Assembly: GCA_963674605.1 (NCBI GenBank)
Contig: OY771474.1
Location: 3,032,341 to 3,096,340 of the forward strand
Direction of reading: 5' to 3'
DNA length: 64,000 nt
DNA from: an uncultured Desulfobacterium sp.
Lineage (GTDB): Bacteria; Desulfobacterota; Desulfobacteria; Desulfobacterales; Desulfobacteraceae
Position 1 is the first letter of the stretch. Each line of letters starts with the position of its first letter. Below, piece after piece: positions 47,351-57,093 of this stretch. Position numbers and translations under genes: made by a program. The notes beneath the pieces were generated by a model that did not search any database, was not told the origin of the DNA, and worked only from the letters and a program-made list of their open reading frames with translations.

Positions 47351-47985
47351 AATTCCGACAACAGTTTATCAAGGGACTTGTTAATAGCTTTGATGGCCGC
47401 TTCGGAAATAAAAATCAACAAATCACTTTTAAAGGATTTTTCCCTGAGGTTAAACGTGATCTTGGAAAGAAGCGTATAGTCCCACTTTAAATTTCGTCGC
47501 TTAAAGGTCTCATAGGCGACGATCCTTAATTCTTTATGCTCAGATAACAGCTCCGGTGGAGAGAAGGTCATTCCCTTATTAAATAGCTGTGTTGATATGC
47601 TGTTAAGGCATGCACCCACCATCAAATTACTCAACTCAAGCATGAAGTCCATCTCTTCAACGAGATTCATCTGGTTGGAAATGCCAAGAATTTCAGAAAA
47701 ACGCTGGCGGGTTTCATCATTAAAAATAACAATGGCTTCCCCTTCCATAAAGGCGGCATTGTAAAAGGTCTGCCTTAGAAGCGTTACCTTTTCCGTTTCC
47801 CCGAAAACGCTTTCTTGAAGCACTTTTTCTGCCAGCTTTTCCGCTTTAACAATCTGAATGTCAGGAACAGACAGATCCACAAAGGAGTTCAGGATAGAAG
47901 CCAAGTCACTTCCGGCCTGTCCCATGGCCAGATTGACCACCTCTTTCAGCATCTCATATTGATCTTCAGTCAGGTCAATGCTCAT
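47347..47985 (-). CDS. CheC-like CheY-P phosphatase family protein
   Basis: Two copies of the CheC active-site motif E-x2-N-x22-P: EVVN + 22 + P and ELSN + 22 + P. Confidence 0.75.
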   Translation of the reverse strand: MSIDLTEDQYEMLKEVVNLAMGQAGSDLASILNSFVDLSVPDIQIVKAEKLAEKVLQESVFGETEKVTLLRQTFYNAAFMEGEAIVIFNDETRQRFSEILGISNQMNLVEEMDFMLELSNLMVGACLNSISTQLFNKGMTFSPPELLSEHKELRIVAYETFKRRNLKWDYTLLSKITFNLREKSFKSDLLIFISEAAIKAINKSLDKLLSEL

Positions 47986-48365
47986 TTTATCATTCCACGA
48001 TCCTTTAAGAGTTTAGTCAAAGGGACGATGTTCAGTGGACGCTCTTTTTTAATATATCCAATGGCACCAAGGGACTTGACAACTTCTTCCGCCTGGGGTT
48101 GAATATCTGCAGTTAAAACGATCACATTGGCTTTAATGCCCTTTGCTTGTAAGGTTTCAAGGACTTCATAGCCTGTCTTTTCAGGCATGGTCAAATCCAG
48201 AAAGACCAGGCTGTACTCAGAAGCGTACAAACACTCCAGGGCCTCATTACCGTTACCTGCTTCCGTGATATTGAGTTCATGATTATTAAAAATAGACGAA
48301 AGTTCTTTTGCAATAACCTTTCGCATAATTTTGGAATCATCAACCAGCAAAATTGATATACTCAT
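47982..48365 (-). CDS. Single-domain response regulator (CheY-like receiver)
   Basis: ILLVDDS, the phospho-acceptor context LVFLDLTMP, VIVLTA, and K in GYIKK. Confidence 0.9.
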   Translation of the reverse strand: MSISILLVDDSKIMRKVIAKELSSIFNNHELNITEAGNGNEALECLYASEYSLVFLDLTMPEKTGYEVLETLQAKGIKANVIVLTADIQPQAEEVVKSLGAIGYIKKERPLNIVPLTKLLKDRGMIK

Positions 48366-48494
48366 ATTTTTTCCCTTTGTCTTTCATATATGCCGCAACG
48401 AGCTATTTAAGCGTAACCCTTGGAGAGTATTTTAATAATTTAGATCTATCACTATGATGTTCAACCTTTTTCTGCCAATTAGCCAGAACTGTTC

Positions 48495-48588
48495 CAGGCC
48501 TGTGTTATTGGCATTATAGAGCAAAGCCGCGGCAAACCCCAAACGCCACCGATAATGCCCATAACAAAAGCATGGCCCCTTTCCATCA
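48495..48588. repeat. Minimal 'core' copy of the type-A repeat (inner inverted repeat only, degenerate)
   Basis: caggcctgtgttattggcattatagagcaaagccgcggcaaaccccaaacgccaccgataatgcccataacaaaagcatgg. Confidence 0.5.
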
Positions 48589-48650
48589 TAGGAAGATACA
48601 TCAATTGCCGGCATTTTGGCAAGATTAACATAAAAATGGCATGGACAAAT

Positions 48651-48840
48651 CGGGCTTGGTCACAACATGGGCCACCCTTGGTGGGGGTCAGGCCTGCCTC
48701 ATTGACGCTTGTGTTAATGTTTGCTTGGAAACACAGGTAGTTGTCAAACGCATGAAGCCTGAAAAAACATCAGCCATCAATAACACAAGCCTGACCATCC
48801 CAATGACCCCACCCCAAAGTGGTCTCATTCTGTCCGGCCC
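48651..48840. mobile_element. Type-A MITE copy with a type-B-like central segment; right end degenerate
   Basis: gggcttggtcacaacatgggccacccttggtgggggtcaggcc ... caataacacaagcctgacc...ccccaccccaaagtggtctcat. It abuts the lysR-type gene stop. Confidence 0.65.
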
Positions 48841-48845
48841 CTCGG

Positions 48846-49724
48846 CTATTGCAGCCGAAACTCCTTTATATGCTCAATGAGGTATTGAAACTTTTTCAGT
48901 AATAAATTACGGGATTTCAGATAAATATTGATGTGATCATTCAGAATATCCAGCTCCGGAAATAAGGCCACAAGATGGCCTTCCTCCAGCTCCCGTAATA
49001 CGGTATATCGGGGTACAAAAGCCACCCCCATGTTGCAAAGTGCCCCATTTATCATTCCCCGAACATGATTAATGCGTGTGACCCGATCAAAAAGCACCTG
49101 TTGATCCAGGGGAAGAATGTGGATGAAATTATCCCACCAGGCAAGTTCTTTATCCTGGGAAAAAACATTGCACCGTGCCAGATCTTCCACAGTGGTGATG
49201 TTCTGCCTGCGGATGTACCGGGGTGAGGCAATTACCGCATACTCCTCTTGAAACAGGGTGATGGTTTCAATATCCGGACGAACATGGGGTTTACAGTCAA
49301 TGATAAGATCCAGCTCATCATCCAGAAGGAGTTGAAACAGATTATGACTCAAGGTAAAATCAACGTGAATATCCGGATGGGTTTCAAAAAAAACCTCCAT
49401 ACCCTTCAGGAGCACACTGACCCCGAACTCCACCGTGGAACCCACGCGGATCAGTTCCGGATATTTTTTTGTCTTCATCAGAAGATCCCGGGTTTTCTCC
49501 ACTTCAGAGAAAATCTTATGACAGCTTTTAAACAGAATTTTCCCTTCACTGGTCAGGGCAAAGGCATTTCTTTTCTTTTCCACCAGGGTAAGGTTCAAGC
49601 TTTCTTCCAGGTTCTTAATGGCGTGGCTCACTGCGGACTGGGTCACAAAACGTTTCCGGGCACATTTGGAATAACTTTTCACCTGGGCCAGTACATAAAA
49701 TGTGTTCAGCTTGTTTAAGTCCAT
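48846..49724 (-). CDS. LysR-family transcriptional regulator
   Basis: N-terminal HTH (LNKLNTFYVLAQVKSYSKCARKRFVTQSAVSHAIKNLE) plus a LysR substrate-binding domain. Confidence 0.9.
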   Translation of the reverse strand: MDLNKLNTFYVLAQVKSYSKCARKRFVTQSAVSHAIKNLEESLNLTLVEKKRNAFALTSEGKILFKSCHKIFSEVEKTRDLLMKTKKYPELIRVGSTVEFGVSVLLKGMEVFFETHPDIHVDFTLSHNLFQLLLDDELDLIIDCKPHVRPDIETITLFQEEYAVIASPRYIRRQNITTVEDLARCNVFSQDKELAWWDNFIHILPLDQQVLFDRVTRINHVRGMINGALCNMGVAFVPRYTVLRELEEGHLVALFPELDILNDHINIYLKSRNLLLKKFQYLIEHIKEFRLQ

Positions 49725-49769
49725 GATACTTCTCTCTTCTGCTCCTCATTTGCCTTTTCTCGTTCACTT

Positions 49770-49920
49770 CCATGTCGGCCCGCCGGGGGCTCTGCTATCG
49801 GTATTTTCATATAACCCACATGTCCTGGCGGACACAACGAATATTGAAAATGGTAAATGGCATTATGCCGCCCCTCCCCCGACGGGCAATGGACCCGGCC
49901 CGGAACCGTAGGCGGGGATT
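49770..49920 (+). repeat. C-family array remnant: 3' stub of a long module + small module + 5'-truncated long module
   Basis: ccgggggctctgctatcggtattttcatataa / cccacatgtcctggcggacacaacgaatattgaaaatggtaaatggcattatgccgcccctcccccgacgggcaatggacccgg, then divergence. Confidence 0.75.
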
Positions 49921-50083
49921 TTTTGTTATTAAAAATATTCAAATAAAATATGAATATTATGAATTTTACTTATACACTCTTTTATGGTTATAAATAAAGC
50001 ATAAAACAAGCTGGAAGTTGCCAGGAGATATCAATCTACACCGTTACCGTAAAAGCACATTACTCCCGTTGGCCTGACAATTA

Positions 50084-50250
50084 GGGCTTGGTCACAACAT
50101 GGGCCACTTTAGGGTGGGGTCAGGCTTGCGTTATTGGCATTATCGTTGGTTTTGGCTTTTTCACAGGCTGTGGTCGATAACGCCAATAACACAAGCCTGA
50201 CCCCGTTGGCCCATTAAATGTGACGGGTGGCCCACGCTGTGACCAAGCCC
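50084..50250. mobile_element. Type-A MITE (167 bp) with a perfect 8-bp target-site duplication, inserted into the end fragment of an older copy
   Basis: gggcttggtcacaacatgggccac ... gtggcccacgctgtgaccaagccc. GACAATTA lies at 50076-50083 and 50251-50258. The joined flanks resemble a type-A right end. Confidence 0.85.
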
Positions 50251-50343
50251 GACAATTATAATGACTGGCCGATGTTATGATCAAGCTCGAAACATTATTT
50301 TTTATCATTGTCCATATTATCCATAAAACCCAAGGAGGCTGTC

Positions 50344-51975
50344 ATGTCCAACGCCATTTACCAGATTGCAAAACCGGAAACTGAAAAACTTCTTTCCTAT
50401 CTGCCGGGAAGTGATGAAAAAATACGCCTGAAAAAACGTATTACGGAAATGAAAGCTGAGACCATTGAGATTCCGTTGATCATCGGCGGCAAGGAAGTTC
50501 GCACCGGTCGTACCGGCACCTGTGTTATCCCCCACAACCATTCCCATGTCCTTGCCACCTATCACATGGCAGGCCCGGAAGAAATGCAGATGGCCATTGA
50601 TGCCGCCCTTAACGCCAGGAAAATCTGGGCAGAAACCCCCTGGGAACATCGACTGGCTGTTTTTCTGAAAGCCGCCGAACTCCTTGGTGGTCCCTGGCGG
50701 GAAACCCTGAATGCCGCCACCATGCTGTGCCAGGGTAAAAGCGTGTATGAGGCAGAAGCCGATGCCGCCTGCGAGCTCATGGATTTTTTTCGTTTCGGCA
50801 GCTATTATGTCAGGCAAATCATGGAAGAACAGCCCCGGACGGTGCAGGGTATGTTCAACCGCATGGAGTATCGTCCCCTGGAGGGCTTTATCCTTGCCGT
50901 CACCCCCTTTAATTTCACCGCCATTGGCGGTAACCTGCCCTCCTCCCCAGCCATGGCCGGTAACACCACCATATGGAAACCCTCCTCCACGGCCATCTAT
51001 TCCAATTATCAGGTCATGAAGCTTTTAATGGAAGCCGGTCTGCCGGGCGGGGTCATCAACTTTGTCCCCGGTCCCGGCAGCGTTATCGGTCCCATTGCCA
51101 TGGCCCATCCCATGCTGGCGGGTATTCATTTCACCGGTTCCACCGCCACCTTCAACAACATGTGGCGCACCGTGGCATCCAACCTGGAAACCTATCGCAG
51201 TTATCCCAGAATTGTGGGGGAAACCGGCGGCAAAGATTTTCTGTTTGCCCATGCATCAGCGGACAGAGAAGCTGTGGTCCATGCCATCATCGGCGGGGCC
51301 TTTTCCTACCAAGGACAAAAATGCTCCGCCACCTCCAGGGCCTATATTCCCAGAAGTATCTGGCCGGACATAAAAGAGGGATTAATCCGGGAGACCGCAG
51401 ATCTAAAGCCCGGAAATGTGGAGGATTTCACCCACTACATGGGTGCTGTCATTGACCAGTCATCCTTTGATAATATAAAAGCATACATTGATACGGCTGA
51501 AAAATCGCCTGAAGCAGACATTATCATCGGGGGAAAATGCAGCGATGAAACTGGCTTTTTTGTGGACCCCACGGTGATCGTAAGCACCAATCCCCATTTT
51601 AAAACCATGGAAGAAGAAATCTTCGGACCCGTGGTCACTATTTTTATATATGAGGATAAAGACTATGAAGCCACCCTGGATATATGCGAATCCACATCGG
51701 AATACGCCCTCACCGGTGCCATTTTTGCCCAGGATCGACTGGCCATTGTTGAGATGGAAAAACGATTGACCTATTCCGCAGGCAACTTTTACATCAATGA
51801 TAAAACCACAGGTGCTTTTGTGGGCCTCCAGCCCTTTGGCGGCGCCAGGGCCTCGGGAACCAATGAAAAGGTGGGCAGCCGACACAATATGTCCCGATGG
51901 ATGATCCCCAGAACCATCAAGGAAAATTACAATCCCGCAAAGAATTACAGGCTGCCACTGATGAAAGAATCCTGA
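50344..51975 (+). CDS. L-glutamate gamma-semialdehyde (1-pyrroline-5-carboxylate) dehydrogenase, aldehyde dehydrogenase superfamily
   Basis: Catalytic Glu (VGETGGKDF) and Cys (YQGQKCSATSR) motifs. Length and N-terminal extension are typical of PruA/RocA-type P5CDH. The start was moved to ATG 50344 (AGGAGG RBS). Confidence 0.8.
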   Translation: MSNAIYQIAKPETEKLLSYLPGSDEKIRLKKRITEMKAETIEIPLIIGGKEVRTGRTGTCVIPHNHSHVLATYHMAGPEEMQMAIDAALNARKIWAETPWEHRLAVFLKAAELLGGPWRETLNAATMLCQGKSVYEAEADAACELMDFFRFGSYYVRQIMEEQPRTVQGMFNRMEYRPLEGFILAVTPFNFTAIGGNLPSSPAMAGNTTIWKPSSTAIYSNYQVMKLLMEAGLPGGVINFVPGPGSVIGPIAMAHPMLAGIHFTGSTATFNNMWRTVASNLETYRSYPRIVGETGGKDFLFAHASADREAVVHAIIGGAFSYQGQKCSATSRAYIPRSIWPDIKEGLIRETADLKPGNVEDFTHYMGAVIDQSSFDNIKAYIDTAEKSPEADIIIGGKCSDETGFFVDPTVIVSTNPHFKTMEEEIFGPVVTIFIYEDKDYEATLDICESTSEYALTGAIFAQDRLAIVEMEKRLTYSAGNFYINDKTTGAFVGLQPFGGARASGTNEKVGSRHNMSRWMIPRTIKENYNPAKNYRLPLMKES

Positions 51976-53121
51976 TCACATTGCAGACCAATTGGGGAGG
52001 GAATTTAAATCCTCCCCATCATGCACCATCACCCTGTTACGCCCACCGTTTTTGGCCTTGTAAAGGGCGGTATCCGCCTGAAAAACCAGCAACTTAGGTC
52101 TTTGATTGGTTTCAGGAATACAACAGGCTATCCCCATACTGATGGTTGTTTTTATTTTTTCGCCATTGTAATCAAGTACAGAATCGGCTACCTTCCCTCG
52201 GAAAGTTTCCGCCAGCGCCACGGCGGCATTAATGCCCTTATCCGGCAGAAGCACAACAAATTCCTCACCACCATACCTTGCCACCACATCTGTTTCCCGC
52301 TTAAAAACCTCCAGAAGACAACGGCTGAGCAACTGCAGATATTCATCTCCGGCCATATGCCCGAAGGTGTCATTTATCCTTTTGAACAAATCAATATCGC
52401 ACATGACAAGGCAGATTGGGTTTTGCCGCCGGGCACAAAGCCCCCATGCCAGATGAAAAAGTTCATCAAAATGGCGACGATTGTAAAGGCCTGTCAATAC
52501 GTCTATGCGGCTGGCCTGCTTCAACTCCCTGGATTTTTTTTCAAGGAGGAATTCATTTTCAAGGGCTCTCCAGTATTCATCGCTGCCCCGCAGGGTAATC
52601 ATGACAAGATACAGGGAGTAACAAAGGATAAATGCGCCCAGGGTGACATTGTTTCCCCTGATAAAAACAGCCAGGGAACCAGGCAGAAACATCAACATAT
52701 TATAAGCGATCGCAAGCCGCCTTTCCGGCAGAAAAGAGACAACCCCGCCGGCACAGAACCCCACAGTACAGATGGTCATCAGCAACTGCACTTTCTGTTC
52801 GCCTTCCTGGAATAAAAAATAGGCCTGTCCTGTGCCCCAGGCCAGGGCCGTGAATACCACAGTGATCAGGAAAATAGTGTTGTTGAGTCGCTCAAACCTC
52901 TCTGATGAGTTCGCGGCGATCAACAAATGGCTGAAACGAAATCCACAGATCACCGTCTGGACAGTCAGAAAAGAAATGGAAAATTGGGAATGTCGATAAA
53001 AATAGTCATCGGAAAACAAAAGAAGATAGGGAATGAGAAGATAAAAAAAGATACCAAGAGTAGATCTCTTTTTTAAATCTCTGATGACCCGACGGTTAAT
53101 TCGATGTTTTTGAAAAGTCAT
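51976..53121 (-). CDS. Membrane-anchored diguanylate cyclase (multi-TM N-terminus + GGDEF)
   Basis: About 6 predicted TM helices, then RYGGEEF and DLFKRINDTFGH. Confidence 0.85.
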   Translation of the reverse strand: MTFQKHRINRRVIRDLKKRSTLGIFFYLLIPYLLLFSDDYFYRHSQFSISFLTVQTVICGFRFSHLLIAANSSERFERLNNTIFLITVVFTALAWGTGQAYFLFQEGEQKVQLLMTICTVGFCAGGVVSFLPERRLAIAYNMLMFLPGSLAVFIRGNNVTLGAFILCYSLYLVMITLRGSDEYWRALENEFLLEKKSRELKQASRIDVLTGLYNRRHFDELFHLAWGLCARRQNPICLVMCDIDLFKRINDTFGHMAGDEYLQLLSRCLLEVFKRETDVVARYGGEEFVVLLPDKGINAAVALAETFRGKVADSVLDYNGEKIKTTISMGIACCIPETNQRPKLLVFQADTALYKAKNGGRNRVMVHDGEDLNSLPNWSAM

Positions 53122-53441
53122 TCTCTACTCCCGCAAATCAATGTAAACCCTGAAGTATAGTCTTGAAGCTCAACATGAGAACAGTGTTTTCATCTTTTTC
53201 TATATCAGATTCACAGGGAAAAAAACAAAATAATTACATTAATTATGTAATTGGCGTCAAGATCAAGACTTACAGAGCGCTTTTTGGGGGTATGGGTTCG
53301 GATGGTTTTAAGGCATTTCCCGGTAAAAACGTCAAAGAAAGCAGGAAAATACCCGTTTTGAGGCCTTTAAGTCATAATATAGCTCAATCTGAAGGAAAAC
53401 AAAGAGGAGGAAACACACCCTTTTGAGGGGGCATGGGTTTT

Positions 53442-53637
53442 GGGCGCATTCCCATTTTCCCGGTTCGCGCTTAATCAAAGAGGGGTCAGGCTTGCGTTAT
53501 TGGCGCTTTTATTTAAATTTGCCTTTAAACACAGGCTCTTGACAAAATTACAATAACACAAGCCTGACCCCGTTGGCCCCACCAACTATGACAAACAAAC
53601 CATATTGTGACCAAACCGGGAAAATGGGAGTGCGCCC
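53442..53637. mobile_element. MITE-like element, type B short variant, internal sequence inverted relative to the other type-B copies; lies 7 nt downstream of the phoR stop
   Basis: TIRs are gggcgcattcccattttcccgg ... ccgggaaaatgggagtgcgccc. Flanks are TGGGTTTT and TGGGATTT (7/8). Confidence 0.8.
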
Positions 53638-53644
53638 TGGGATT

Positions 53645-55423
53645 TTATGCGGGAATGGAGAGGGTAAAGACCGTGCCCCTGCCTTTCTCACTGGTGACAC
53701 GTATCTTGCCATGGTGATACTGAACAATGTGCTTGACAATGGCAAGGCCCAGGCCGGTGCCCCCTTCATTTCGGGTTCTTGCCTTGTCCACCCGGTAAAA
53801 CCGGTTAAAAATCTTGGGCAGGTGTTCACTGGCTATGCCATTGCCATTATCCTTGATGACAATATCCACATGATTTTCCTGCCGTTTAACCTTTACGGAC
53901 ACGGCACTGCCATGGGGACTGTATTTGACGGCATTGTCCAGCAGATTAAGAAGGGCCTGCTCCATTAAAATGGGGTCCACCCGGGCACAGATATCCCCGG
54001 GGCAATCCACACTGACGCTGATCTCCTTTTTCTCCATGTGGGGCTGACAAGTATGCAGGGCGCCTTGGATCAAGGTGTTAATATCCTGAGGCTCAAAGAC
54101 CACATCGGTTCCCTGGAGTCTTTCCAGCCGGGATAAGGCCAGCAGATCGTTGATCAAGGCAATCATCCGATTGACGTTCTTTTCAATTATTTTCAGAAAA
54201 TTCTCACAGGCGTCCGGATCATTGCGGGATATCATTTCCTGCAGGGTCTCAATGAATCCCTTTATGGCTGTCAGCGGAGTCTGAAGTTCATGGGATACAT
54301 TGGCAGCGAAATCCTTGTGCATGCTTTCAAGACGACGCAGACGGGTAATTTCATGGAAAATGATCAAGGTTCCCATGCGAACTTCCCCGTCATCATAAAG
54401 GGCTGTGGAATGAATTTTTAAAATAATGTCCCCATCACCGGAAAGCACAATGTCTGCTTCCACCGGTTCATGGGTGGCCAGTGCCTGTTGGATAAAATTC
54501 TGCAGGGGCATGTTTCTGACGATTTCCAATATATACCGACTCTTGAGATTAGATGCAGAAAAGCCGAACACCCTTGCAGCTGCAGCATTGATAGTAATGA
54601 TACGCTCTTCATTATCAATGGCAATCACCCCTTCCTGCATGCTGGCGTGCACCGCCTCAAGCTCCTTGGTTCGGGTTTTAAGGGTCTTAATCTTATCATC
54701 AAGCCTTTCCGCCATTTGATTCATGATCTGGGCAAGCTCGGAAAGCTCTTCGGATTCGGGCACGGCCAGACGTGCCTCCAGGTTGCCTCCGGCAAATACC
54801 ACAGCACCCTTTTTCATCTGCTCCATGGGGCGGGTAATTCTACGACTTACATACAAGCTTGCAAGTGCTGCCCCAAGAAGGGTTAAGAGAAAGGCAAAAA
54901 GAGCATTGTTCCGAATACCTTCTATTTCCGCATCAATTGTGGATATGGAAATCGCCGTTCGCACAACCCCGATCATGCCGTTATCCCCCATCACCGGAAG
55001 AGCGATGTACATCATGCGTTGGCCCAGGGTCTCGCTGTATCGTATGGAAATGCCTTTTTTCCGTTTTAAGGCGGACATGATTTCAGGCCTCTTCATATGA
55101 TTTTCCATGGATTGGATATCCCCAAAGGAATCCCCGATAACCACCCCCGACGGAAGCATCACCGTTACCCGGGTACCGGTAATGTCACCGATTTCCCTGC
55201 ACTGCTGATGAATATAATCGCTGTTGTGGTGTGTATTTCCCAAAAGATCCGCAAATTTATGCTGCAGCAGTTTTGCCCGGATGGTCAACTCTTCTTCGGC
55301 ATTTTCAATGAAGACTGTCTTGTAATAATTCGTGGTCCAGGCGGTGACAGCCAGTAGCGACAAAACAGTGATCACCAGGAATGCCGGAAAAATCTGCCAG
55401 ATTAGTTTTTTTTTCTTGTTCAT
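53645..55423 (-). CDS. phoR: Phosphate-regulon-type sensor histidine kinase (TM - HAMP - PAS - HisKA - HATPase_c)
   Basis: H-box FAANVSHELQTPLTAIKG. N/G boxes (NLLDNAVKYS, DNGNGI, GGTGLGLAIVK). Downstream of phoU-phoB. Confidence 0.8.
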   Translation of the reverse strand: MNKKKKLIWQIFPAFLVITVLSLLAVTAWTTNYYKTVFIENAEEELTIRAKLLQHKFADLLGNTHHNSDYIHQQCREIGDITGTRVTVMLPSGVVIGDSFGDIQSMENHMKRPEIMSALKRKKGISIRYSETLGQRMMYIALPVMGDNGMIGVVRTAISISTIDAEIEGIRNNALFAFLLTLLGAALASLYVSRRITRPMEQMKKGAVVFAGGNLEARLAVPESEELSELAQIMNQMAERLDDKIKTLKTRTKELEAVHASMQEGVIAIDNEERIITINAAAARVFGFSASNLKSRYILEIVRNMPLQNFIQQALATHEPVEADIVLSGDGDIILKIHSTALYDDGEVRMGTLIIFHEITRLRRLESMHKDFAANVSHELQTPLTAIKGFIETLQEMISRNDPDACENFLKIIEKNVNRMIALINDLLALSRLERLQGTDVVFEPQDINTLIQGALHTCQPHMEKKEISVSVDCPGDICARVDPILMEQALLNLLDNAVKYSPHGSAVSVKVKRQENHVDIVIKDNGNGIASEHLPKIFNRFYRVDKARTRNEGGTGLGLAIVKHIVQYHHGKIRVTSEKGRGTVFTLSIPA

Positions 55424-55546
55424 TTGTTTATGTTTAATGCTCCGTTAACAGGGTTGTTGGGTGCTGGGTTTCAAATTCAAACTTCTGGATTCCGGCAACT
55501 GGGCTCTGGGCTCTGAATTTTTTCAGGATGTCGCTTGTTTTATGAA

Positions 55547-56233
55547 TCATTCCCGAAAACGGTATCCCACGCCCCGGACGGTTTCAATGACCGAGGCATG
55601 GTTTTTCAGTTTTTTCCGCAAACCCACAACAATGACGTCCACACTTCTTTCCGTAACGGCATAATTATCCCCATGGATGGCATCAACAATCTGATTGCGG
55701 GTAAACACCCAACCTTTTTTGCCTGCCAGAAAGGACAGCAGTTCAAACTCAGAACGGGTCAGATCCATCACCTCCCCCGCAAGGGTGATGACATGCCTTT
55801 TTCGATCAATGATAATATCTCCCTCCTGTCTGATATCCTGGGCATCCACGGCATTTTTTACTCGACGGCGAAGGATGGCCCGGATACGTGCGATGAGCAC
55901 CTTGGGACTGAAGGGTTTGGCAATATAATCATTGGCTCCCAGTTCCAGCCCGGCAACGATGTCAGTCTCTTCTCCCTTGGCTGTGAGCATTACAATGGGT
56001 AAACCCTGGGTAAGGCTTTGACGTCTCAGGTGACGGGTAACCTCAAGACCGTCAATGCCCGGAAGCATCAGGTCCAGTACAATGAGATCCGGACGGGACT
56101 GTGTGGCTATTTTAATGGCATCTTCCCCGGTCTTGGCCGTCAAGATAACATAGCCTTCATGGGTTAAATTATATTTAATCAATTCAAGGATATCTTCTTC
56201 ATCGTCCACAATCAGAATGGTTTCTTTTGCCAT
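55547..56233 (-). CDS. phoB: OmpR/PhoB-family response regulator
   Basis: Receiver (ILIVDDEEDI..LDLMLPGIDG) plus a winged-helix domain (LTRSEFELLSFLA...VDVIVVGLRKKL...IETVRGVGYRF). Confidence 0.85.
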   Translation of the reverse strand: MAKETILIVDDEEDILELIKYNLTHEGYVILTAKTGEDAIKIATQSRPDLIVLDLMLPGIDGLEVTRHLRRQSLTQGLPIVMLTAKGEETDIVAGLELGANDYIAKPFSPKVLIARIRAILRRRVKNAVDAQDIRQEGDIIIDRKRHVITLAGEVMDLTRSEFELLSFLAGKKGWVFTRNQIVDAIHGDNYAVTERSVDVIVVGLRKKLKNHASVIETVRGVGYRFRE

Positions 56234-56323
56234 TTCATCTCTTCCTGTTGTTTAATCAGCTGTAAATAAAGATCGGACCTGCTAACAACATAAGCCACCT
56301 GTCACAATTGGCGATCCAATGGG

Positions 56324-56971
56324 TCAGGTATGCCGGATAATCTCGCCTTCGATAAGATAAATCACCTCTTCAGCAATATTGGTGCTGTGATCTCCTATGC
56401 GCTCCAGGTGCCTTGAAATCAGGTACATGTTAATTATTTCACTTACCATTTCCGGATGTTTCTGGATATCTTTTTTCATGGAATCATAGGCCTCATTTCG
56501 CATGCGATTGACCTGTTTGTCCATGTTCCGGACATCACAGGCCATGTCCACATTCCATCTGACCAGTGCATCCAGGCTCAGCTTCAGCATCTTTGCCGCC
56601 TGATTGGCCATGGCAGTATAGTCATACTTGAACTTGTCAGGAGCCTGGGAAGAGGTTTCAAACCGCCTTGCTATATTGGCCGCATAATCGGCAATGCGCT
56701 CCAGATCATTATTGATCTTGATAACCGCCACCAAAAACCGCAGGTCCGTGGCAACGGGCTGGTACAATGCCAGTATTTTCAGACACTCCTCTTCCAATTC
56801 TATTTCCCGCTGATCAATTTCAACATCCGTTTCAATGATCTTCCGGGCCAAATGGATATCAGCGGTTTTAATGGCATGCATGGCTTGTTGAAGGCGATCT
56901 TCCACCATGGTCCCCAGAGCCAGAAGCTTTTTTTTTATTTTTTCTATTTCATTATGCAAATGCCCTGCCAT
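56324..56971 (-). CDS. phoU: Phosphate signalling complex protein PhoU
   Basis: Duplicated PhoU repeats with E(R)I(A/G)D metal-binding motifs (DLERIADYA, HLERIGDHS). Confidence 0.9.
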   Translation of the reverse strand: MAGHLHNEIEKIKKKLLALGTMVEDRLQQAMHAIKTADIHLARKIIETDVEIDQREIELEEECLKILALYQPVATDLRFLVAVIKINNDLERIADYAANIARRFETSSQAPDKFKYDYTAMANQAAKMLKLSLDALVRWNVDMACDVRNMDKQVNRMRNEAYDSMKKDIQKHPEMVSEIINMYLISRHLERIGDHSTNIAEEVIYLIEGEIIRHT

Positions 56972-57093
56972 GTATTTTTCTCCTTAACTGAATTTTTAAA
57001 TTACAAGAGCCTCGCCAATTATCTTTTTGATCAGCGTATCAGCAGTATTGATGTACTTCTACTCGACGTTCAAATTTTTGTTGGCCGGTTTTG

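Noticed and set aside
53163-53426. 87-aa ORF between the GGDEF gene and the MITE, and other 60-110-aa intergenic ORFs: 2441-2817, 3547-3832, 13641-13892, 31420-31927, 35669-35896, 48555-48880.
   Set aside because: They have no RBS and no motifs. Most are generated by, or run through, repeat elements, and their composition is non-protein-like.
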